A stretch of 63,724 bases of DNA from Lama guanicoe (taxonomy: Eukaryota), in assembly GCA_013239625.1 (NCBI GenBank), contig MU053652.1, positions 8,269,303 to 8,333,026 of the forward strand, read 5' to 3'. The position numbers and the translations under genes are program-made. Below, piece by piece: positions 24,650 through 36,274 of this stretch; within the stretch, counting starts at the first letter, position 1; each line of letters starts with the position of its first letter. Under the pieces are notes generated by a model. That model was not told the DNA's origin. It saw only the letters and a program-made list of their open reading frames with translations, and ran no database searches.

Positions 24650-24824
24650 GGGTCTTCTTGGCAACAAGCCCCATCCTCAGCGGCTTTCCAAAGTCACCTC
24701 ATTGACGTAGCAAAAGACATTTGTCACTGTCCTCACTTAGAAAATCCCAAGGGTTTTAGGAGCTCAGTGCCAGAAACTGAGAGGGAGACCAAATATTTAT
24801 TTCTTATCATAAATCACAATATCA
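24650..24824 (-). mobile_element. MER21-family LTR terminal fragment
   Basis: GGCAACAAGCCCCATCCT...AAGTCACCTCATT...AAGGGTTTTAGGAGCTC.GTGCCAGAAAC...AGACCAAATAT.TATTTCTTAT.ATAAATCACAATATCA matches a recalled MER21 terminus. Confidence 0.75.
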
Positions 24825-24999
24825 GAGGACCTTTTGCTCACCGCTGCAACAAACCAGAGTAACTCTGTGCACCCGTGGCACCCTTCAGCTCTGCACTGCG
24901 GGATGTGCAACTGTGAATATGCGCTATGGGGAAGAGAAAGAAAAGAATTCCATGGGGCAAAGCCAGCAGCAAGTGAGACTTGGCTCCAGAGTCCGGGAA

Positions 25000-25465
25000 A
25001 GCGAGCAGGCAGTGAGGCAGAAGAGGCCTCTTTCTCTCATGGGCAAGTGAGGGGAACGTGCAAAAGTGAGGAGTGAGAACAAAGACCAGAGTAGGGGTGG
25101 GGGTAATAAATAAATAGAAATTTAGAAAAAAAGAGGCAGCAAAAATTACTCTCTTGAGAACTTTCGAGATAAAGGGTTGAGAGCAAGTGAGTGTTTAATC
25201 TAAAGGTTAGCTGAAGGTTTGGGGGACATGGGATCAATTAAACATGTATGTAGCTAGATAGAGATTGAAAATGCCAGAAAGAGGGACTCTCCCTTGGAAC
25301 CAAGACTAGTGGTGCAGGTGTTTGCTCTAGAAAGGAGAACGTTGGTGTCTCCCACTAACATTAAAGGGGAGGAATGTAGAGGTAAAGATACAGAGACATT
25401 TTTGAAGTGAAAATGCAGGAATCTTTGTCTACTCCATATAACTTTCATATTGATTTCCTGAAATT
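25000..25465 (-). mobile_element. LINE-2 ORF2-region fragment
   Basis: GGTGCAGGTGTTTGCTCTAGAAAGGAG...AGGGGAGGAA.GTAGAGGTAAAGATACAG resembles the antisense L2 internal region. Confidence 0.5.
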
Positions 25466-25699
25466 GCTTTATAGATCAGTGCTTTGCTGTATATCGTCCT
25501 ACTAAGAACAATAAACAACTCATCTTCAAAGAGATTATACAATGAAATACAAACAAAACGCCAACAATGGGCTTTTTTTCTCCTGTTGAGATACTGTTCC
25601 ATCAGATATCCCTTCTTGCCTCTAAAATATTCTCCCTCTTCGCATCCTTTCTTTCCACATATAAAGTCTGTTCTATCCAAATAAAAGCATAACCTAAAG

Positions 25700-26023
25700 C
25701 CTTGTGCTCCCTTCCTTCCTACTTTTCAGAGATACCCATCTTCGCTGGCTCCATTGGCTTTTTTCCACTCACCCTTCAACCTTCTGTGGTCTGATTCCAT
25801 CCCCACGTCCCCAGGAAAGTGATCTCACATGAGGCCTGTCATGACCTCCATCCAAGGGCACATTCAAGGACTAATCCTTTTGTAGCTCACTCTATCCTTG
25901 ACCCCATTCTCTCTCTCTGGTTCTTCTCTGGCCTCTCTGATGGCTCCATCCCAGTCTCTTGGACATGTTCTTATTCCATATGCCTGACAAAAGTCAGTCT
26001 TCCCTGGGGTCCTGTTGTAGGCC
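25700..26023 (+). mobile_element. LINE-2 reverse-transcriptase-region fragment
   Basis: CTTCAACCTTCTG.GGTCTG...ATGACCTCCAT...CTCTCTCTGGTTCTTCTC..GCCTCTCTGA...TCCCTGGGGTCCTGTT.TAGGCC. Confidence 0.65.
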
Positions 26024-26403
26024 GTAATCTAAAACATTCTGCATATATTACGAACATAATCCATAATCCAAAAGAAGCAAGCTTGAGGAAGAGACTAAAA
26101 TGGTCAGGAAATAAATGCTGATGAAGATGAAGAGAGGAGAGTGTTGGAATGATGAAGAGAATTAAATTTAATTCTTTCAATTAAATAAGGTAGATTTAAA
26201 CTGAATGGAAACTAAAAATAAAACTCAGAGAGACCCAGGAAAGCAGGATAAGTCTCAGGGTCACTGTGTGGCTGGACTGGGGGCTGTGGACAGGGTTGTA
26301 GAATCTCAGGTCTGCTCAGGCTGAGTCAGAAGACCTGATCAGGTTTCTTGGTCCACACCAGACTATTGCCATAGTGGTCAGCTTTTTTGGATGGTGGACT
26401 TTT

Positions 26404-26740
26404 TTTTAATATATATTTTTATTGAAGTATAGTCAGTTTACGATGCTGTGTCAATTTCTGGTGTGCAGCATAATGCCTCAGTCATACATGAACATACATA
26501 TATTCATTTTCATATTCTTCTTCACCATACGTTACTACAAGACACTGAATATAGTTCCCCATGCTATACAGTACGAATTTGTTGTTTATTGGATTTTGTG
26601 AGAATCCTCCCATATTTCGAGACACTCTGCCATAATTCAGCAGGTGTTCTGTGTGATTCAATAGGTTTATAGATGTAATTTTTGGTGTATTTGTGGGAGA
26701 GGGTGAGCTGTGAGCCTCTGCACTCCACCATCTTGGCCTC
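26404..26740 (-). mobile_element. Internally deleted mini-LINE-1: ~150 bp of the 5' end fused to ~190 bp of the 3' end, with TSD
   Basis: Minus strand begins GAGGCCAAGATGGTGGAG (L1 5' end with YY1-like site), joins at 26589/26590 to ATAAACAAC...GTACTGTATAGCA...CTATACTTCAATAAAAA-polyA; flanks TGGATGGTGGACTTTT (26388-26403) and TGGATAATGGACTCTT (26741-26756). Confidence 0.8.
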
Positions 26741-27399
26741 TGGATAATGGACTCTTGGAGAATCTGATGAAGGTTATATTCTGTCTTTCTATGGAAAAGC
26801 ATACTTGCACATAAATATGAATTCAAGAAGTTCACAAATTCCTACACTAAATAAGGGAAAACTCTTAAGTTTTGCAGACAAGTAGAACACCCCACCTATC
26901 AACCTATTTGTTTGTACTTTGACCAGAAGTCCTCACTAAGTAAATCAGTGTAGTTCTTGTCAGTCGAGTTTTGGAAAAGCTGAATTTTACTCTCCCCCCT
27001 CCCCAGTACTACCCTGTTCAGCTGCTCTACACTTACTGCTAAAAAGAAAACACAGTGGTTGTTCTCCTAGCATATATTTGCCTTTTTTTGTGTGAAACAT
27101 GTACATGGGAAAGCTTCAATTCACAATAGTTCAACTTAATTTCTCTCTTGTAATCAAATACTTTTGGAAAGCTCTCCATATGACTGAAATACTGTTGTAT
27201 TTTCCAAGAGGAAAAGAAGCATCTTGAATTTTGTCAATAATAGGTTACTATAGATTTTTCTCACTCAAAAGAGAATGACTTGGTGTGATACTGAGAAGTC
27301 ATTGTCTTTATTAAATCCCTCCCTTTCCAGCCACATCTGACACAGCAGTGGGCTGGTGTTGATCTGAACTTCTCTCCCTATGATACAGTCATCTCGCCC

Positions 27400-27880
27400 A
27401 TTCATTTAAAGACATTGTTTGAGTATTCACTGAAATACTTCAGTCTTATGCTAGATCCAGAGACTAGGACAATGAATAAGACAAAGACTTAGTTCAAAGT
27501 CTACTTTCAAAAGCTTGAGGCTCCAGGCAGAGATAGATATGTCAACAGATGTTAAAGATATAGTATAATAATCGGTAGTTCTCAACCCTGACTTCATAAT
27601 AGGATCATCAGGGAGAAGTGATGATGCTGGTCTCTGACCAAGAGATATTGGTTTCATTGTTGTAAAATAACACCTGGACATCAGTATTTTTTTAACAACA
27701 CCCAGTAGCATCTATAACAAGGAAAATATAAGATACCATGGAAGCATTTAGGACCTAGAATGGATGTCTGAATTGATTCACTCAGTGAAGAAGGAATATT
27801 TAATTGAAGCAGGGAGAAGGCGCACCCAACCAGGTACATCAGTTTATGTAAAAACATGAAAGTGGAAGGACACATGTTGG
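27400..27880 (-). mobile_element. LINE-2 3' end interrupted by MER5
   Basis: CATTCATTTAAAGACATT..TGAG...GCTAGA...AATGAATAAGACA. Confidence 0.6.
27573..27720. mobile_element. MER5-family MITE
   Basis: GGTAGTTCTCAACCCTG.CT.CA...ATCA.CAGGGAG...CCTGGACATCAGTATTTTTT. Confidence 0.65.
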
Positions 27881-27884
27881 GTTT

Positions 27885-28390
27885 ATTTATTCCTTCACTC
27901 AACAAATACTTATTGAGTTCCTTCAATATTGCAGGCACTGTCCAAAGCCCCAGGAGCTAGGTCTCAGTAACATAAAAAATAACCCCTGCTCCTATAAAAA
28001 TTCTAGTATGATGGTAAATACTGACATCACACCATTAATTGTAGCAATGATTGTTAAATAACAATTCTGAGAAATGCTATAAAGCAGAATCACGAGAACT
28101 ATGAGGGTCTAGCTGGAATAGACCCAGCTCCTTCTGGGGAAGCCAGGAAGGTTTACCTGAAGAACTATATTTAGGCCAGAATTTGAAGGGTGGGCAAGAA
28201 GTAGTCAGCAGAAGCAGGAATGCAATCCAGAGAATTGCTGGCAGAATGGCTGTGAAAAGCCCTGACATGGATGTGTGGTCAGTGGATGGTCCAAGCACAG
28301 TGAGTAACAGGAGGGTGATGGGGGGAGCGAGTAAGAACGTTCCCTCAGTGTGGTCAAATTACCCAGGACCTTGTGGACCATGCTGGGTTC
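27885..28390 (-). mobile_element. LINE-2 3' end (L2b-like)
   Basis: TTCACTCAACAAATACTTATTGAG...GCAGGCACTG...CCCTGCTC...CAGGAAGGTTTACCTGAAGAA...TTGAAGG. Confidence 0.8.
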
Positions 28391-30029
28391 TGAGTGCATC
28401 ACATCCCTTCTGTTTCTGTACTACATCGGCAACACAACAGTTTGTGCATCTCCTGGATGTTATCAAAATGTCTGCACAAAGAACCTCAGTGTCCTCAAGA
28501 CAGTCCTGCCTCTTAGTTAATGTTCAGAGATGCTAATTGACTTGCCCAAGTTTGCATAGCTTAAAATCAATCTAAAGAACCAAGGCTGGAACCTAAGGCT
28601 GGTGACTGCAAACCTGAGCCCCTTTTTGTCACATCACAGAAAATATTTTATTTATTAGATGATATATTGTATGCAGCCAAGTAAAGAGTGTTCCGATAAG
28701 GCTAGAACACTTGTCTAAGTTTTATGACAGTACAAAGATGTCAGAAGCACTTTGTGGTTTGTTGTTTGTTTTTGTAAGAATGATCGAATCAAAAGATGAA
28801 GGGCAGAATTTTCAGGCCATATAGCAGTAGCTAGGGAGAACTGTCTAGATGAAAGGAAGCTGTGAAGATAAATCTTTGTTCAGAGCCTGAGAGACCTTAT
28901 TTACTCAGTAACTGCTTCCAAGAGGAAATGAACACCTACACTTCCTAGGACAAAATGCAAAGACAAGAGCAGCTTCTCACTGCTGAAATTCCATTGATGA
29001 AAAGGAAAGAGCTTTGGTTTGCCAAACAAAGGTTCCAAGGAACCCGTGGGAGCTCTGAAAGAGTAGCCAACATATAGGAAGGTCTTTGCACTGCTCTAGG
29101 ACCTGTGTATCTGGCCAGGAGAAAAGCTGTGCTGCCGAAGTTACCTCCACGTGGCCCACCCAGGAGCATGTTCACTGGCTGCCATTTTGCTGGTGTGGCC
29201 AGATCAGAGCCACCACCTCCCTACAGTGACACCCCCAAGGGATTTAGAGTGCCTGCCTGAGTGGAAAAGATTCATGGTAGATATGGGACAAATCCAAATT
29301 CATCCTTCTTGTCACTTTTCCTCATAGTCCAGACTGGATAGATTCTAGAAGCTTTCACCAAAAAGTGATTCTTCGAGAAATGTTCTCTATAGATATTAAC
29401 TTGGGACCCATACTATGCATTTAAATAAGTAAACTACTAACTACATAGAAATAAATGCCAGAAAAAGTAACATCTGATGACTTGTTGAAGATGTATCTTT
29501 CGTATTTCTGTTCATCTGTATTCCTAAGTTAGCAATAATATAATGCATACATAGTCCAGAGAATGAAAGCCAAATTGTGAACATCTCAATTCCTTGGCAC
29601 AATCAAGGGTTTTATAAATTCATGATTATTTCACTTGGTCAGTAGTGTTAGAGAACCAAATATCCAAAAAGCAAATTTCTGGATCACTAAAAGCAAAAAC
29701 TTTAAATGTCAAAATATATATTCTCCTATTTTCACATTTACCGTCCTTCAGTATATTTCCCTTTCTTTTTTCACTGTCCCTGCAAGGCAGGCTCCCCATG
29801 GCCCTTTGTTTCTCAGATTCCTTATCTAATCTGTCTTCTGGTTTAATACAGTCCATCTCCTAAAAGTTCATGTATTTAGTTTCGATGCCTCTTTTACCTT
29901 CCCGCTATTGGCATCAGAGTGTATGTATCACCTGAACTACTGCAAAATGTTTTGAACTCTTCTCAGGGTTGCCTGGTTCCTACTCTCCGACTCAGCACTA
30001 ACCCTATGGCCAGGTGAGGTGCTGTCTGC

Positions 30030-30470
30030 CAGGACAACCCAGCACCTGAGAGCCAGGCTTGCTATGCTTGGTGAACTTCCGACATGGGATCCACCTTCCG
30101 AAGGTAGAAGTCAGAAATAACCTTTCTGGCTGCTTGTTAGCAAGAGCACAGGCACAATCCCTGGGCTCTATGAATTAGGCTCATCCATGAAATACTAGGA
30201 TTCCGAAGTGGGTAAATGGAGGAAGAGACTCACTGTGGATTCCATTTCACTGGCAAGTGTTGTGGCAAGAAGTCTGGTTCCACCAACAGAGTCACTGCGG
30301 CATCCAGTGGCAGCAGCGTCTCAGATGGCCATCTCCCGGGGAGCCAGTTCTGAGCGTGGTGCTGGGCGTCATTCTTCAAAGCAGCCTTGAGCCTAGTTCT
30401 GCAGCTCTCCCAGGGGTCCCATGCATCATCTGGTGTCCTGTCAGTAAAGCCAGCTGCTTTTTCTTGCCTC
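30030..30470 (+). mobile_element. ERVL solo LTR, LTR33-like
   Basis: GCACAGGCAC...GGAAG..GTGGATTCCATTT..TGGC...CCAGTTCTG.GCGTG...GCAGCCTTGAGCCT.GTTCT.CAGCTCTCCCAG resembles the recalled LTR33 consensus. Confidence 0.7.
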
Positions 30471-30966
30471 TAATAACTGCAGAGTAATTTTTCTCAAAGG
30501 TACACCTGATCATTTCTCTCCCCTACTTAAAGTTCTTCAGGGCTCCCTACAGCCTGCAGAATAAAGTCCAGATACTTCAATCTGGCATTCAAGGTCCACC
30601 GCCATTTAGGTTCCAACCACTTCTCCATCCTCTTGCCCTTCCATTCTTCCTGCACAGACTCTGAGATCCAGGCACCCGAGACAACATGCAGGACCCTCTA
30701 CATGCCATCGCTTTTAGTGCTGTACCCTTTGCTTGGAATGCCCCCTAACCACCTCTGTCTGGCAAACACACTCCTCCTCCAGGTAACTCTCCCCAACCTT
30801 TGTTCTCCACAACTTTCCCTTGGCGGGGTTATGTGTTTCCTCTCTGTCTTCCCAGTGTGTCCTTCATGTCTCTATTTTAATACTTATCACACTGCAGAAA
30901 TTACTAGGGTGGACATTGGCCTCACTTATCCAGACTGTATATTTCTCAAAGATAAGATAATACGCT

Positions 30967-31254
30967 ATTCTACAGAATGCGGTAATCCCATCATAAAGGA
31001 CAGTCAAATGTGCTTACACATATTCAAGAAATCAAAATAAAAATACTGCATTCTGTGAATTCTTATTTTGTAGTCGGCCTTATTCCTTTGATAACTATGG
31101 AAGTTCGAAAAGCTGAAGATCTAATCTGTTCTTAAAAATAATAATTAGTACATATATGTAAACTAAAAAAATGCGGTATACTGTATATGTATTTACATGC
31201 AATATAATGTGTATGTAGAGTCAAACTGTAATAAAAAAATCAAAAATTTAAAAA
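30967..31254 (+). pseudogene. 5'-truncated, partly inverted retrocopy of a non-L1 polyadenylated RNA (probably a cellular 3' UTR); parent unidentified
   Basis: AATAAA at 31230-31235, decayed A-tail, 17-bp TSD AAGATAATACGCTATTC / AAGATAATATGCTTTTC, internal ~18-bp inverted repeat. Confidence 0.65.
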
Positions 31255-34109
31255 AAGATAATATGCTTTTCATCCTCATGTCCCCACTCCTAGCACAGTC
31301 CCTATACTTCGTATGAACTTTACACATGGTAAGTGAATAGATGAACAAATGAATTTCCCTAGTCTTTTTAATTCATCCAGCTTCACCTTTTTAGGTACCC
31401 TTCTCACACCCCACCTACTCCAGCCAAGTGCTTCCTTAAGCATCTCTAATACCAAGGGGACCTGACATAACTATTTCTTTTCTGCAAAGTCCTTCCTCCA
31501 GATATTCTTTTGGAAACATTTAATGTAGTTACCAAGGCTGCTTCATTTATCCCATTCTTAAGAAGCATTTCTGTCCTCCCTCCCACCCCCCGGTATGTTT
31601 ACTCACTCCCTCTTTTGTGTCTAAACTGTCCCCTTGAAGGGTCCTCTTCATGTCTCCAGCTCTGACTAAAACACCTGGTAAATGGAAGAAGCTTAATGAA
31701 AGTATGATAAATTCCTTGAAGGTTGCTACCATGTGTTTTCTAGCAAAAAGATGTATTTTGAGCTTTCTTTTTCTTGGTCTTCCAAAATCTCTTGATTTCC
31801 TCTTGTCCCTTCCTACTTACTCTTTCACTAAAAGGAAATGTTTCCAGAAGAAAGTGAGATTAATATTTAGTTTTAGGGATGGATTTAGTTTATAGGTAGG
31901 TAGATAGATAATTAGATAGACAGGATAACATAATAGAAAAAAAGCAAGTTATTTTAAAAATTACAAGGGGCTGAACGTTAAATGGAAAAATTAGAACATG
32001 CAGTTGAGAAATGGGACGTAATGAGAGAATCCAACCAATTAAAAATTTTAAAAAATAGAAATCCCCCTTCTAATTGTTCCTGAATACTTCAGTCAGAATT
32101 GACATTCTTAAATGCTTATCTGTATAAGCTACATTTATGCTTTAAATCTTCCAAAGTTCCAAATCTTAGCACAACCTATAGAGTTTAAGTGTAACCTGAC
32201 CCTGCCTTTCTTCCAGCCGGGGGAGCTGATAAGGGGAGGATTCTTTCAAATCAAGAGTAGTAAGCACACAGTGGGTATTTTTATTACTAAGTATGTCCTG
32301 TATGCAAGATGTTTGGGATCCGACTGAAGAATCATGAAGTTGAAATGATGGAAAAGGAAAGGGAACTGGTGGTTGAGATGGAAATGACAATCCTAGCAGT
32401 GACACTTGGAAAGTGAAAGATGTTATGGGTGAAATATGGCCACCAAAAAGCTAGATGGGAAGGGCCTCAAACTGAAACACAAGTTCAACATTGCACAGAA
32501 CTTTGTTATGAATGGCCGTTTACTTGCTCATTGGAAAGTTCAAGATTGGTGAAAAGCTCACAGCCACTTGGAGACCTCCAGCTGACCTCAGAGGAGTTCC
32601 GGTCACCCTGGCAGGCAGCGGAGACAGAGCTGAGAGAGAGCAGAGCATCATCTGTCATCAGAAGGCAGTTAAAGTTATAACAGCAGATAAGATGAACTAA
32701 GGAATGCCACCAGAGGGGAGCAGAAAGCTATAACAAGCATTAGAAGTGACAAAGGAAGTAACACCAATAAGATGAGATAATAGCAGCCAAAAAGCAAATA
32801 ATAGATACAGGGTTTGTTTGTTTTTTTTTAAAACGTGTTTTAAAAAGTATTAAATCTATTTGATCATTTACTAGTTTTTCATTTCTCTGTCTTTCCCCTG
32901 AAGAGGGCCCCGAGCATTTGCCAAAGCAGTTGGTCCCTGGAGCGTGCATTTCCTTGGGATGCCGGGTTGTCTCAGCTACTGTCCTTCCAGCAGGAGCAGC
33001 ACTGACATGTGCCAGGCTCACTGCCGGGTGCCCTCAGCCTGGCTGCACGTGCGGGTGCAGATCAGAGGGCCTTGCAGCAAACCACCCATGCAGGGCTTGT
33101 TGGATTTTCCATTTCTACCATGATATTTTTGCAGAGTTCTAAAGACCGCTCCCAAAGAGTTCAGTTGGGCATCTGCAAAGATTTTAGTCTAAGATGATTT
33201 GAGTTGAATGATTCTACAGCTGGGATTTCAATTGGTGTTCTCCTTTTTCTCTCCCCCATTCCCTTTTTCCTTTCCTTTGAGTGACTTGGGCACTGATGTT
33301 TCCTCTGTCTAAAGCGTTGGTGGCATGGGAATTTCATAGATCACCTCATTCAGATTCTCTTGTATGGATTAGTTTCAAAGCACAGACTCTAATGTATAAT
33401 CACATTTGCTGGCTGGCTGAGTCTGTCTAACTCCTTGAAGTAGCAGAATCCTACTGATGCCGTGATAAATACTGACCCTCTGGGAAGGAACACTGTGTTT
33501 CAGGTCCTGGATCATCCAGAAGAAATGGTCAGAATGACAAATGTTGGACAGAGTCAGCATCGCAGATTTTTTTTCCCTACAATAAGTTGATTCTTTGATT
33601 AATATGACTTTAATGTATATTATTTAGAAGTAAGGAGTGGGCATAGGATATACTATCAGACTGCTTGTGTCTTACATTATAATGGGATGTTAAATTACAG
33701 TGGAATGCAGAGATGAGAAAAGAGCCTGGTCTTAGTGTGACTGTGGTTTAAGTCAACTTTCATCCAGGAAAGCTCAGTTGTTGATCTCTGATATAAAGAT
33801 TTGAACTAGAAGATACAAATGTCCACCTTCAGTTTGGTTTCTATAACCTATAGTTAACTAGCCTTAATGCTGCAGTAATAAATGCATTCTGTGCCTAAAT
33901 CATGGTAGATTCGTTTTATATTCTAGAGATTGCTTAACCACAGTATGCAAGAAACAGTGCTCCTCCTGGGATACAAGGATGCTTTGACCCTCAATTAGAC
34001 ATACCTTTGATGTTCTTTCTTAATTAATGGTGAGGATTTGTGCTGTGAGTCACCCACCCTCCCTGTGATGTGTAGCTAAGTTTAGATTGATCCTATGCTA
34101 TGGGTTACA

Positions 34110-34425
34110 GGGCAGAGTATTGGTTGGAAGAATCACAAACAGGATCACACTCATGCCTTTATTTCTATTAGTGTCATATTGAATCAGTTGCTACCGTTTA
34201 AATATCAGGATATTTCACGTAAAAGAATATGTTTCTGATTTTTTTTTTGAAACTTCAGAAAAATCAGATAACTTGGGACCTGTCCTGTCTCATGCCTACT
34301 GGCCCTGATGACGGCCATCTCCTTCAGGGAGCCACCTGCTTTCATTTTTACCGAGGTCCCTAGCCTGTCCTTTCCTTTCACACCTGAATCTGGTGTCTGA
34401 AATCGTTTGGGTTTGCAGTCCCTGC
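34110..34425. mobile_element. MER102-like hAT-Charlie element
   Basis: TTTAAATATCAGGA.ATTTCAC.TAAAA...GAAAAATCAGA...CCTTCAG...TTTGGGTTTGCAG.CCCTG. Confidence 0.65.
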
Positions 34426-34898
34426 TTACTGACGGTTTTGTTTGTTATCCATGGAAAGACACTGGCCTTAATTAAATTACCTCCACCCAGAGGTCCTCTC
34501 TGATGGGGGAGGCATGGATTTCCTCGTTACTTTCACCAAAAACGTGTTTTATTCTCTTAATGGAATTAAGCCCTGTGGCGTGTGAATTAGCAAGTCTCTC
34601 CGGATCAGAGGGAAGATCTGTCTCTAACAGGGATATTCTTGTACCTCAAACTAATTTTTGACACTCAAAAAATAGATTACTTCAAATGTTTAAAAGTTTT
34701 AGAAAAATTGTTAGTTAATTTTAAGATTCTGTGAGCTCTCGGGATCTTTAAATGTTCTCTGTACCATGAACTAATCTACTGAGATCAGCCTCCATCCCTT
34801 TGGCCATCCGTCCAAGCAGAGCACTCTCATCCAGGCCCTCCAAATATTCAAAATCTTTATTTTTAGTCTCAGCTTAGTTCTCAGTTTCCGCCCTGGCT

Positions 34899-34986
34899 AA
34901 GGGCAAGTTGTCTGGGACAGTTCCAGAGTAACTATTAACAGCATTCCTTTTATTCTCAAAAGTGTCCAGGTTTGAGCCCTACCCCT
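34899..34986. mobile_element. MER94-like hAT-Blackjack MITE
   Basis: TTGTCTGGGACAGTTCC...TAACTATTAACAGC...CTTTTATTCTCAAAAGTGTCCAGGTTTG. Confidence 0.7.
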
Positions 34987-35205
34987 GGTACTTCATAATG
35001 ATATCTATTTGTGATTATCATAACACAGAAGGGTCCGCATTCTAGAATTTAGCAATTACAGTTTTCATATTGAATAGCAGTCTTCTTTGAGTAGAGGTAT
35101 TTCTTTTTATCAACATCAAATTTAATGGACATCTCTGACTACCTCCCTTCCTTGTAAGGCAAACCTCTTCCTACTAACCATAGTTTATCTCATATTTATT
35201 TATTT

Positions 35206-35623
35206 CAGCGCTTCCCAAAATGTGGTTCAGGGACCCCTGTGGGTCCCTAAGACCCTTTCAGAGAGTCTGCAAGTTCAAACTATTTTAATAATACGACCTT
35301 ATTTGCCTAGTTCTCTGCTTCTCTCACAAGTACACAGTGGAGCTTTTCAGGAACAGCATGACATGTTACCTGGCAATAAACTGAATAAAGAATCCAACTG
35401 CTTTCAGTCTCTAAATAATACCATTATTCTCACAAAATTTTTTGGAAAGTAAATTTCGTTCCTTAAAATATGTTCTTTATCTTAGCATTTAATGGAGTTA
35501 CTATTTTTAGTTTTAAGCAAATTGCTAAACATTTAAAAATTTTCTCAGTTTTATTTTCTAATTGGTCATAAGAAAAAAATTAGGTAAGACTATAGAAGAT
35601 TGCTGAAACTTTGAGAACTGCTG
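35206..35623. mobile_element. hAT-Charlie non-autonomous element, MER119-like, both terminal inverted repeats present
   Basis: Ends CAGCGCTTCCCAAA ... TTTGAGAACTGCTG; internal GGACCCCT..GGGTCCC..AGACCCTTTCAG...CAAACTATTTT. Confidence 0.75.
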
Positions 35624-35729
35624 ATAAAGTGTTTTGTATTTTTCAAGTAATTTCACATGTATTGTGTAATTTTTAGTAAGTTTACCTTTTCTTAAATTGA
35701 GATATAATTCACATGCTATAATGTTCACT

Positions 35730-36274
35730 TTTTAAAATTGAAGTATAGTTGATTTACAATATTGTGTTAGTTTTAGGTGTACAGCAAAGTGATTCAGTTG
35801 TATATATATTTTTTCAGATTATTTTCCACTATAGGTTATTACATGATATTTAATATAGTTCCCTGTGCTATACAGTACATCCTTGAAGCTTATCTGTGTC
35901 ATATGTAGTAGTGTGTATCCATGAATCTCATACTCTTATTTTAGCACTCACCATTCCTTTTCCCCTTTGGTGACCATAAGTTTGTTTTCTCTATCTAGGT
36001 CTGTTTCTCTTTTGTAAATAAACTCATTTGTATTATTTTTTAGATTCTATATGTAAGTGGTATCATACAGTATTCATCTTTCTCTGCCTGGCTTCACTAA
36101 ATATAATATTCTCTCGGTCTATCCATGTTGCTGCAAATGGCAGTATTTCATTCTTTTTTTATGGCTGGTTAATTTTTTGCTGTATCTATACCACATCTTC
36201 TTTATCTGTTCATCTATTATGGATGCTTAAGTTGTTTCCATGTCTTGGTTATTGTAACTAGTGGTGCTATAGAC
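35730..36274 (-). mobile_element. Younger LINE-1 3' end nested in the L1MB, with degenerate TSD
   Basis: TTGAAGTATAGTTGATTTACAATATTGTGTTAG...TACAGCAAAGTGATTCAG; flanks CTATAATGTTCACT (35716-35729) and CTATAATTTCACT (36275-36287). Confidence 0.85.

Larger units (their letters stand above)
29850..31354 (+). mobile_element. LINE-2 3' portion hosting an LTR33 and a retrocopy
   Basis: TCACCTGAACTACTGCAA...; resumes CAGAGTAATTTTTCT...CTGATCAT...AGAATAAAGTCCAGA...TGGCATTCAAGG...GCTTGGAATGCCC...CAGACTGTA; tail CCTAGCACAGT...GAATAGATGAACAAATGAAT at 31290-31354. Confidence 0.8.

Noticed and set aside
26482..26835. 117-aa minus ORF
   Set aside because: Chance read-through of the mini-L1 UTR sequences
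30633..31040. 135-aa + ORF
   Set aside because: Runs through L2 and across the retrocopy junction, so not an ancestral gene
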